A stretch of DNA of 64,000 nt from Amoebidium appalachense (lineage: Eukaryota > Protista > Ichthyosporea). The translations under genes were made by a program, and so were the position numbers. The stretch covers positions 367,861 through 431,860 of the forward strand of contig CAVNZM010000018.1 in the NCBI GenBank assembly GCA_963693365.1, read 5' to 3'. Shown here in pieces: positions 30,227 through 64,000 of the stretch. The notes under the pieces were generated by a model. The model saw nothing but the letters and a program-made list of their open reading frames with translations. It ran no database searches and was not told where the DNA came from. The first letter of the stretch is position 1. Each line of letters opens with the position of its first letter.

Positions 30227-30418
30227 GGGGTTTACGCTGTTTACTCGAGGCAAAGAGAACCAGTCTCAGGTATGGGGGGGGTTTTGCTCGGAATATCCCC
30301 TCAGCGGTATATCATGATCACGTACATAGATGTCGGGTGGTGACTATATATCAGGGTTTACTTTCTCTACGAGACACCATAAAGACTACAAGGAGAAATC
30401 AATTAGTTGGGGTTCCCC

Positions 30419-30483
<65 letters not shown>

Positions 30484-30515
30484 GGGCTCCCCTCGGGACA
30501 CTCGGTATCAGCTGG

Positions 30516-30574
<59 letters not shown>

Positions 30575-32228
30575 TGTGTGTGTGTGCGCGTGCGCTATAA
30601 TTTTGTAGTGATGTGTTTCTCAAGCCAATCAATACACCTAATAAACAGGTCGTAGTTACGCGTGTTTAGTATAAAATCAAGGATGTTGTAATTTACAGGT
30701 AGGCTATCTTTCTGGGTGTCTGTTGTGAATGTGACGTGTGTGTGTTGCGGTATTATGTGGTCTATCAAACTACATTTGGCGATACATGACCGGTTAAACT
30801 GGTGTGTGTGTGTGTTGTTTGGGCATGCAAATGATGCCACCTTATACTTATTAGATCTCCACTGTATAGCACGTGTACAGTAAAAGCGTGGTAATTGATC
30901 AATAATACCATCAGCTAGAGAAAGACCAGTTCTACAGGAAGGTAATATGTATTTAGGTGTTATACACTTGCGAGTGCCATATTTGGCAATATGGTTGAGG
31001 CGGTCAGTATATATAAAACGAGACATAAGGCTTAGTTTTTCAAGGTGTATGCTTTCATCGGGTCTAGTGTCGTGTGGTATCTTTTTCCATTTGTTATATT
31101 GCGTGATTATCTTGTGATTGTGTACATGTTTAATAAGTAAGTGGCAGTCCAAAGTCACACACACACTATTGCGGGGTTTATTTGTATTTGTGCCCAGGGG
31201 AGAAGGGGAGAGAGAGGGGAGGAAAGAGGGGAGAGGTGAGGAGGGGACAGGTCGGATAGAGAAGAGAGGGTGAGAGGGCAAATACTTCTTTAAGCGGCTT
31301 ATGTGCTTATTGAATTTCAGCGCGAGATAGGATACTCTAGCAGCTATTGGGACCAGACCATATATCGAGAGCGTTACAGGCCCAGGTTTACAACAGTTGT
31401 TAGATAGAAAGGAGGCAACTTCTGCTTCAAGGAAATTTGCCAAGGGTTTAAGCGCTCTAGTTCTCTCTTTCTTGATCCAAGCGGCGAGAAGGGGTAAACC
31501 ATATTCACATGCCGGGAAGACAAAAGTGCGAATAAATGTAAGTCTAATAGAAGGATGGAGGGGTGTGTCTTTAAAAATATTAGCCGAGAAGAAAGCTAAC
31601 CGCTTACGAGCCAACTCTACCCTCTTTTCGACCATATGGGGAAACATAACACCAACAGAATCAACCGGAACACCAAGATATTTGTATTCTGGAACTATAG
31701 GTACAGGTTTAGATGATAATGTAAATGTGTGTAAATTGTTAGCTATATCAGGTACAAGAACACCACATTTGTCTATGTTAAGGATCATAAGGTTTGCCTT
31801 GCACCACTCTGACACTACATCGAACAATCTTTGCAGGCGTCTAGGGGTACGGGCAAGGAGGGACAGATCATCAGCATAGAGAAGTGCAGGCGGAAAGTTA
31901 TTAATAGGGTCATCGTTTTCGGCGTAAATCTTGACAGCCAAATCATCTATAAATAGGTTAAACAAAAAGGGGCTAAGCAATGAACCCTGCAAGAGACCTC
32001 TAGTACGAGCAAAACCATATGAAAGATGCCCATTAACCACAGCTCTACCATAGGTTTGAGACAAGAGTGCTTCTAACAGAACACCAATGCAGTGTGGTAC
32101 ACCCCGTGCAGCAAGCTTTTCCCATAGGAGACCAGGGGAGACAGAATCGTAAGCAGTTTTCCAATCAATAAAGCCAACATATTGTGCACCAACTTGCATA
32201 GAATCGTGCAGTGCCATTATTTGAACAT
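30227..32228 (-). mobile_element. 5'-truncated non-LTR retrotransposon inserted in the TRIM 5' LTR
   Basis: 10-bp TSD AAATGGAGTT (30217-30226 / 32229-32238). The 3' LTR shows the empty site. Confidence 0.85.
30595..32217 (-). CDS. Non-LTR reverse transcriptase, N-terminally truncated
   Basis: FIDWKTAYDSV, RGLLQGSLLSPFLFNLFIDDL, LLYADDL, LNIDKC, YKYLGV; C-terminal Cys/His cluster. Confidence 0.92.
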   Translation of the reverse strand: MALHDSMQVGAQYVGFIDWKTAYDSVSPGLLWEKLAARGVPHCIGVLLEALLSQTYGRAVVNGHLSYGFARTRGLLQGSLLSPFLFNLFIDDLAVKIYAENDDPINNFPPALLYADDLSLLARTPRRLQRLFDVVSEWCKANLMILNIDKCGVLVPDIANNLHTFTLSSKPVPIVPEYKYLGVPVDSVGVMFPHMVEKRVELARKRLAFFSANIFKDTPLHPSIRLTFIRTFVFPACEYGLPLLAAWIKKERTRALKPLANFLEAEVASFLSNNCCKPGPVTLSIYGLVPIAARVSYLALKFNKHISRLKKYLPSHPLFSIRPVPSSPLPSFLPSLSPSPLGTNTNKPRNSVCVTLDCHLLIKHVHNHKIITQYNKWKKIPHDTRPDESIHLEKLSLMSRFIYTDRLNHIAKYGTRKCITPKYILPSCRTGLSLADGIIDQLPRFYCTRAIQWRSNKYKVASFACPNNTHTHQFNRSCIAKCSLIDHIIPQHTHVTFTTDTQKDSLPVNYNILDFILNTRNYDLFIRCIDWLEKHITTKL

Positions 32229-33914
32229 AAATGGAGTTAAGTCATGGAGTTCAGTCATGGAGTTCAGTCATGGAGTTCAGTCATGGAGTTCAGTCATGGA
32301 GTTCAGTCATGGAGTTAACACACTGAAAGCAGTAAAAAACGGGTCAGCGCCCAAGCGCGCCACGACGACCCTAGTCACAGCGGACTCTACTTCCAACAGG
32401 GTTATGGGCCCAGACACGACACCGCGGCCTCTAACTTCACGTCCCCTACGACGCCTTGAACGGAGGAGCCCAGAAACCGACTTCTAGGCTGTACCCTACA
32501 CCCGCGAGCGTATTTCCGTGAAGTAGAGACTTTCGCTTCCACAAACTCCATCCGCAGCAGCCTGCGACATCAACGTCAAGTATTCCACTTCATTGGCGGG
32601 GCACGCACCACAGTGGAATGCACACCCCGGTCTACCCTGCAAGCAGCCACACTCACTCTCTCTTCTCTAGTGGTGTGTACACTTCTCCAATTGGGTAGGG
32701 GTGTTGGAGTGCAGACTTACGCTCACTCCACTATATGTGTATGTTAGCTTTACAATTGGTTCCGTGTACATAGACACATGCTGACACTCGATCACCACAT
32801 GCACATCTGCATCGTTGAGGAATGTTGCCAATTGTGTTTTGACTGCAAACGATTGGTTCACTGGTCCCAGAGATATCTAAATGAAAGTAACCAATCCGAT
32901 TAGCGCCTGGCATCCGGATTACATTCCAGACTGCTGCCCCACGGGTATATAAGCCACGTCTCTGCCAGGTGCAGACATGGAGTTAAGTCATGGAGTTAAG
33001 TCATGGAGTTCAGTCATGGAGTTAACACACTGAAAGCAGTAAAAAACGGGTCAGCGCCCAAGCGCGCCACGACGACCCTAGTCACAGCGGACTCTACTTC
33101 CAACATTACTAACGGTCAGCAAAAACACCAACTACTAGTAGCCTATATTGCGGATACGGTTAGACAATCTCGCTCCTATATAGATTCGTTTATTCATGAA
33201 TTGATGTTGTGTCGTATAGCACATAAATATGCAAAGATGATTATGTCTTGGCGTTGTAATCGGTTTTTGGTGTCTCCTGCTCGTATGTGTAATATGTATG
33301 GGGAGCGGTTTACTCGCGGATGCATATCTATCAATAAGTGTGACCTGTTAGCTAGCTAATGTGGTAGAACCGGAGGTTATGGGCGGCTTTATTCCCAATT
33401 CTCTTTTCTACTTCTTTCCCCCAGTATATCCGTTATAAAATGACCGTGTTAGATCACCTTATTAATGCTGCACAGTATGATATTGTGATACGGTGTCTTA
33501 ACTTTCTCTCGGAGCTACCAATGCTAGCTTCTGATTATCCATAATCTATACTAGGGTTGTTTTTTTGCATGACAGTGTACACACATAAGCCACTACCTGT
33601 ATTTGATTGGCTGCGCTGGAAAACGCAGTAGGCCGTCAAGTCACGGGCTCACGGACGATGTCCGCAGCAATACAAAGTGCATAAACCCCTAAATTTTATG
33701 CCGTTTGAACTTCAAATTATGTCAGCCTGTGGAGATAGGTTAGGTTTGTGTGAATAGTAAAGAACAGACTTAACTTGCGGTTTTTTCTAATGATTTGAGA
33801 CGATATTGTTTTGGGGAAGCTTATTTTGGTCAACTCATCGCAACCGCGACCTCTGGTGGTCAAACCCACAAATCCCAGACAAACGATCATGTAAAGAAAA
33901 GTTTTTTTTTTTAA

Positions 33915-34345
33915 AAATGACTTTATTGATAAAGCTCATGAAAGAGAAGCAAGCCGGAGATATCACAGATATCTCAGAAGAAAATGCAAAAACCCCTACT
34001 CACGGATACGGAGGAGATAACGACTCAGATAATCATACACCCTAGAAAACTCGTTAAACATACGGTGGTTTAACAGATAGTCAATAGAAGTAATATCAGG
34101 ATTATCTGAATAAGCTAGTCTTCGAATTTCTAACGGAAGAATCTGAGATAAATAAATACATTTATCTAGATGTTTGCGAGAAAAATAACATTTTTTAACA
34201 TGACTTTATTGATATGCTCATGAAAGAGAAGCAAGCCGGAGATGTTACAGATATCTCAGAGAAGAAAATACAAAAAAACAACTTATTGATATGCTCATGA
34301 AAGAGAAGCAAGCCGGAGATATCACAGATATCTCAGAGGAGAAAA
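33915..34345. repeat. ~60-bp repeat x3, dispersed/tandem
   Basis: TTATTGATA(A/T)(A)GCTCATGAAAGAGAAGCAAGCCGGAGAT...CAGATATCTCAGA at ~33924, ~34206, ~34283. Confidence 0.8.
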
Positions 34346-35336
34346 TACAAGTTCTGAGTGTAGGGGGTGCCACGCATACCAATTCGATCGAATCGTTTAG
34401 CCTGGAATGTACGTACCATCAGCTGAGATCATGATGATCTGGCCTGACCGATACGAAAGGATAAGAAAAAAGTAAAACAAGCAGATAAATACCCAAAGTT
34501 ATCATAAAAATTAACATAAATATGAATAGTATTATATTCTGCAGGAATTACTATCAAGTTCTTGCTTGAAGTTGCTCTCCACAACTCAGGAGTGACTCGC
34601 GACGTACAATAGTGGTACGCGCGCGTACGTGGGTGCACGCACGCAGCCCTGAAGACATGTACGCCCGATGGCTAATCTGATAACTAACTCATAAATCGGC
34701 TATTAATATATTTTGTCTTAATTCACAACAATCAAACTGTAACTATAAAACACAACTATCACAACAAGTAACCGCCTTCACAGCATTTTAACCCCTATTC
34801 CCTGTTGTCCTCTTGCAGGCTGTGTGCCGTGCGTGAGCCTTGATCCACACGTGTACTATGATCTTGTCGTCGGAATGCGCCTGTGAAGTGTGAAAGCCAT
34901 TCAGAAATCATTGCCGGGGGTTTTGGTATGCTTATTGCATTCCAATCACAATCTTCGACAGTTTTATCCTCTCCGACCCAACGTATGTAGGTAATGTACT
35001 CATGATCACACACGACTGCGTACGAGTAAAAAAAACTTTTCAACTTGGACAACAGAGCCCTGTACAGTCTGTTCATAGTGTAAGAAAACTCTGTAGGGAA
35101 GAAACGTACACATTTATGACATCAGCTTGTTTTCGCGACCTTCTATTTATATGGCAGCTACTATTGAGTTGCAGCACTAGCTAGTTGTTGGTCCCCATAC
35201 ACGTTTTCTAGCTTATCATTGTTTTCGTATGATGCACACTCCATCCACTTGATTCTTCGCAACACGACCAGATGCACCCACGCACTAGCTCAAAAAAACG
35301 AACCCATGCTACTGTGCCTAAGGCACGAACGCAACC

Positions 35337-36881
35337 ATGGCTTCAGACCTTAACATCACATACCACTGCCCTGCCTACTTAACACTACCAAACTGTACCT
35401 TAACATGGGCATCATATCTTGGGTGGGGTCACGAGGTGCCATCGTTAATATTCATAGTTACATGCCTAGGCCTTCTTGCATACGCTGTACGTGTCTGCCA
35501 TACGCACATCACACTTAGTGGGTTTAGGCCTATTGCCGTACCACATGACAAACCAATAGCCTTTTCTGCATTCCTTGCAACTGCATCGCTCATGGTTACA
35601 GCACCCGACCCCTTTGCATACAGAAATCTCTTCGGCGAACCCATGTTTCTGTGGGTTAGAACCTGTTCCCTGACTTTGTCTCTCCTTTCTCTCGGCTACT
35701 ACGTTATTAAGTGGCAGGGAATAATAGATGCTGGTGCAGGCCTGTCTAGGCATCGATCGTCGTACAGGAGAAGAAATCGTGCAAACGCAGGAGAAACACA
35801 CACTCGCACGGGCGGCTCCGGACAAACAGAAAAATCTGGGTTATGGGAACGGCTGAAAGGAGTGGACAGACGACGGATGCGAAGGACGATTGTCTTGGTA
35901 CTCCTGCACATTTTCACAACCGGAGTGCTCGTATTTCAGTTCATGATGGCAATCGCAGGGGAGGTGGGAAGACGGACGGGGAACAGAGCTGGGTTGGACC
36001 GAACGAATTATTTGGTCATCGTGTTGTGTGCAAACGGCATCGGGTGCGCCGGGCTGTCGATAGTTTTCATCTACCATACCATCTTGGTGTTGACGATTAT
36101 GGTCGAGAGTACGCGGAGAACACACCTATTGCTCCTCGTTGGCCAAAGCACGACGAGTGCTGTCGCCTCGCGGGTCGGATCGACCTCCGGTAAGCAGAGC
36201 GGACCTGCCACCGACACCCCACAAACGAGATCGGAACTGGTGGCCGAACATGCTGACAAAGATGAAGTCAGGCAGTTTGAAAATCAAAGTGTCGATTTTG
36301 AGTGTGTGAATTTATCGCCTTCACCCCAGTCTGGAAGCAACCTGCCTGCACTTGCACCGACGATTGAGCGTTTTCCGCAGACTGACGAAAACACGGAACT
36401 TAAACAACAAAATTCCGGTTTATTTGGCGCCACCACGGCCAAAAAGTCTCGCGGGAGGAAACTGTCGGTAAGTTCTCTGCGACATACAATTCATCTTTTG
36501 CCCATGGCGGTCGATACCGGCCCGGAGGAGAAGGAAGAGGAGCCGAAACCAACCAAAGAGAACAGAGAGCCGTCTCTTTTCTACCATGTGCGGAAAGTGA
36601 TCGTAAGCAATAAGCTTGCTGTCCTGTGTTTATTGGTGACTTCCGGTGTTATTCTTATTACTGTGGTTGTGTTTCAGCGTCTCAGAGCTATAAGAGAAGA
36701 GCAACCGGATTGGGTGGGGGATTACCCCCTTCCAACCGTGCAACGTATGCTTGTTGTTGATTTGGGGTGGGAGGTTTATCTGTTGCAGATTTGGTTGTTT
36801 GTGTTGCTACACTTTGCAGACCCAAACAGAAACTCACGAGCGAATGCCAGGCGAAACACACATAGTGTGTCACAGGTGTGA
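35337..36881 (+). CDS. Intronless seven-transmembrane protein with a long loop between TM5 and TM6 (GPCR-like topology)
   Basis: Seven hydrophobic segments by eye; DPF after TM2 and W closing TM3; ~170-aa Ser/Thr/charged loop. Confidence 0.75.
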   Translation: MASDLNITYHCPAYLTLPNCTLTWASYLGWGHEVPSLIFIVTCLGLLAYAVRVCHTHITLSGFRPIAVPHDKPIAFSAFLATASLMVTAPDPFAYRNLFGEPMFLWVRTCSLTLSLLSLGYYVIKWQGIIDAGAGLSRHRSSYRRRNRANAGETHTRTGGSGQTEKSGLWERLKGVDRRRMRRTIVLVLLHIFTTGVLVFQFMMAIAGEVGRRTGNRAGLDRTNYLVIVLCANGIGCAGLSIVFIYHTILVLTIMVESTRRTHLLLLVGQSTTSAVASRVGSTSGKQSGPATDTPQTRSELVAEHADKDEVRQFENQSVDFECVNLSPSPQSGSNLPALAPTIERFPQTDENTELKQQNSGLFGATTAKKSRGRKLSVSSLRHTIHLLPMAVDTGPEEKEEEPKPTKENREPSLFYHVRKVIVSNKLAVLCLLVTSGVILITVVVFQRLRAIREEQPDWVGDYPLPTVQRMLVVDLGWEVYLLQIWLFVLLHFADPNRNSRANARRNTHSVSQV

Positions 36882-37385
36882 ACCTAGATGAATGTGCATC
36901 ATTTTTTTATCTTTATATAGTTGTTTTTGGGACAAAAATTAAAATAGTATCGTTGCATACCTGCCTCACGCGCAGAGGACACAAGTATTTTGCACGATGA
37001 CGTAATACATACATTATTCTTCTCTCCTTCCACCCCACCTCTTTTTTAGCCTTTTTAAGTTTAAATAAATGTAAAGATTTGGAAGTAGCTTACGAACAGT
37101 TGTCATGATGGTTTTTTGCATGCAGATAGTATTGCAGGGACATGTGTTTTTAAAAGACAGGCATATATTTTATTCTTGCGGAAATAGGAGTGTTTTTGTA
37201 GGTAGGTTTATACAGTAGATAAGACGTGTATATGGTGTACATAATAAGATTACGTCACTATTGTTATCATGACTCTGTGTTACGGCATAGGTATACTACA
37301 GTCAGTCCTTTACTTAATTTTATCTTCTTGTCCAAAATACATGTACATGAAGATGAATCCGCCGTCTAGTGCGTGCGACCCCCCC

Positions 37386-37416
<31 letters not shown>

Positions 37417-37622
37417 AGAAAAAAAAAAAAGAAAAAAAAAAGAAAAGAAGAGAAAAAGAAAAACTCGGATACTGTGAATGGCTTGGGCTCCCCTTTATGG
37501 GGGACTCTGCGTATTATACACATTCCTTTCTTAGTGTGGTTTGCACTCTGGATTTATGATGCCCCATAAATGATCCGTACTTCTTACTCTGTACACCATA
37601 TACTATGATAACCATACCATAT

Positions 37623-37679
<57 letters not shown>

Positions 37680-38260
37680 TATAGTATATTGCTATCTAAC
37701 TAACACATTCCGACCATCCCCCCTCCCCCCTCCCCCCCCCCCCTCCCCCCGCCGGCTGCCGCCGGGGGCTCAGACTCTCTCTCGCTCGTTTTTGAAGCTT
37801 GAACAGGATTACACGATCGGCCAAAAGAACATAATTGCAGGTCTAAAGGTCAGGTTTTGGTGGGACCATTTGCAGGTGAACGTCTTGGTTGTTTTGATTA
37901 AACGGACTAATATATGGTATTTTATATCATTATTAGTATATTTTTTTATTCCGCTACTTTACTATAATTATTAGCATAATTTTTTAGTGCACTACTTTAC
38001 CCACCTATCTTCTTTGTTATATGCTCACTGACAGTCGACGTATTGCTGGCCAGGTCAAGATCCTAATCATAACACACACCCAGATGCACAAACCCACACG
38101 CACAAACACATGTACACACACACACACACACACACTCACACACTCACACACAGGCATATATCCACACGCGCATACACCCCTTTATATACTTGTACACACA
38201 AACACAACACAGTGTCACACACGTACACTACACTGACACAGACATACACGTACACGTACC

Positions 38261-38323
<63 letters not shown>

Positions 38324-38899
38324 CACACACACACACACACGCTCACACACAGGCATATATCCACATGCGCATACACCCCTTTATACACGTGTACACACAA
38401 ACACAACACACACAAGTACACTACACTGACACAGACATACACGTACACGTAACACACACACACACACACACACTGCGACACACCCACCCGCCCAGCGGCA
38501 CACACACACACGCGCGCACGCGCGTTCTTGGAGACACGTATCCAACATTTATTGATATGACCACAAGCACCCATGTGATAACACAGGTGAACTGATTTAT
38601 CGTTATGATCTTGACAACTGTTCTTTCTGCCAGTGGAGCGCTCGATAAACAAAACAATTCAAAGCGGCAAGTACATGAAAAAACAAACCTTGGGCCATAC
38701 AGACGTACAGATGCATGTGGGATGGTAGAAACCGTCTCCTTTTAACTAAACTAAATACCGTCGTTTCATAATTTTCATTTCGACTACATGTACAGTATAT
38801 GTACGCGTTATTCGATTCGGTGTCTGCGCAAGTATGGCATACGGAAACACTATGACCTGACAGTTTCTCAGTATGTGTGGGTGTGCTTGTTTGTTGCGA

Positions 38900-38958
<59 letters not shown>

Positions 38959-39459
38959 TTCGCGCATGCACGTGCATGTGACCATGTGATATATGCATGC
39001 CTGAATTTCTTAATGTGCTAGGCAATAGTGAAGCGAAATCATAACCACACAAACGGATAGTCGATGGCGAACATGAGCAACATTATTTGTGACAAGCACA
39101 GGGCTAAATATTTGGTTTCCAGCCAACACAAAAGCAGCAGAAAGTGCAGGTATGTTCATGAAATCGGGCATTACTATGACTCGTCGTCGTGTGATATACC
39201 GTTTTGATTCATTCAATCACCCTAGCCTAACAAGACCATCAAAGATTTATGCTATGCAGCTAAAACTTCGTATGTCTGTTTGCCTGTGTGCATGTGCGTA
39301 TGTGCGCATGTGTGTGTATGTGTGTATGTGTATGTCTGCATGTGCATGTCATGTGCATGCGCACGTGTGTGTACATGTTTGTGTGTGTTTACATGTGTGC
39401 ATGTGCATGTTTGTGTGTGTTTACATGTGTGCATATGCATGTGTGTGTGTGTGTGTGCC

Positions 39460-63634
<24,175 letters not shown>

Positions 63635-64000
63635 CTGCACCCACACAGCTGTATTAGTGGAGCCATACAACAAAGAAGAGAGCTGGGAATGGGAGGCTGT
63701 TTGGAAAGGGCCGAAACATGTGGAAGGGAGTGCTTATGGGTAGAGATGTAGAGATTGTCCACAACAGACCGCAAAATATCCCGATGTTATGTGTATATTT
63801 CTCTGTTTTCTCCCCAACAGCACTTGCCTCCCCCCCCCCAAAAAAGAAAAAGAAAAATAAAATCATTCCATATACCTTTCCCGCCACCTCAAAAAATAAA
63901 AAACAGGACACACGCCAATAAAAAATAACCTAAACCTTCTACACCCTCCGCTCAGCTCATACAAACCCAAATCAGGTGCAAGAATACAAGCACGATCCCC

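Larger units (their letters stand above)
29944..33105 (+). mobile_element. Non-autonomous Copia-type TRIM: 5' LTR 29944-32398 (interrupted by a LINE), 303-bp internal region, 3' LTR 32702-33105
   Basis: LTRs begin TGTTGGA and end TCCAACA. PBS GGTTATGGGCCCAG at 32400-32413; PPT GGGTAGGGG before the 3' LTR; 5-bp TSD TTACT (29939-29943 / 33106-33110); TATA in each LTR. Confidence 0.9.

Noticed and set aside
32667-32913. AP-endonuclease-like ORF upstream of the RT
   Set aside because: It lies within the TRIM LTR and outside the LINE TSDs; the resemblance is weak.
34795-35184. Short ORFs, possible transposon relic
   Set aside because: No recognisable motif or terminal repeats.

Overview
Eukaryotic genomic window with two compartments. 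Left (1 to ~26.8 kb): a gene-dense segment resembling the end of an endogenous giant-virus (Nucleocytoviricota-like) insertion, although no capsid, polymerase or packaging ATPase gene lies in the window. It encodes a Zn-repeat endonuclease, a class-III aminotransferase, an SF3/D5-like helicase and two PD-(D/E)XK proteins that share its C-terminal domain around a GTTAC iteron-like cluster, C2H2 and MYND proteins, a complete IS607-type TnpA + Fanzor2/TnpB element whose ends can be read to the base from the gene it interrupts, a 7-exon KDM4-like JmjN/JmjC demethylase and several minisatellite arrays. It ends in a ~454-bp spacerless palindrome that may be an opened hairpin telomere. Right (~26.8-64 kb): microsatellite- and poly-G/C-rich host DNA with a Copia-type TRIM (LTRs, PBS, PPT, TSD) carrying a 5'-truncated LINE in its 5' LTR, an intronless 7TM gene, and a large minus-strand multi-exon gene (CH, coiled coil, IQ, DH-like, PH, RhoGAP). 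Family calls come from motif recognition by eye; no database searches were run.
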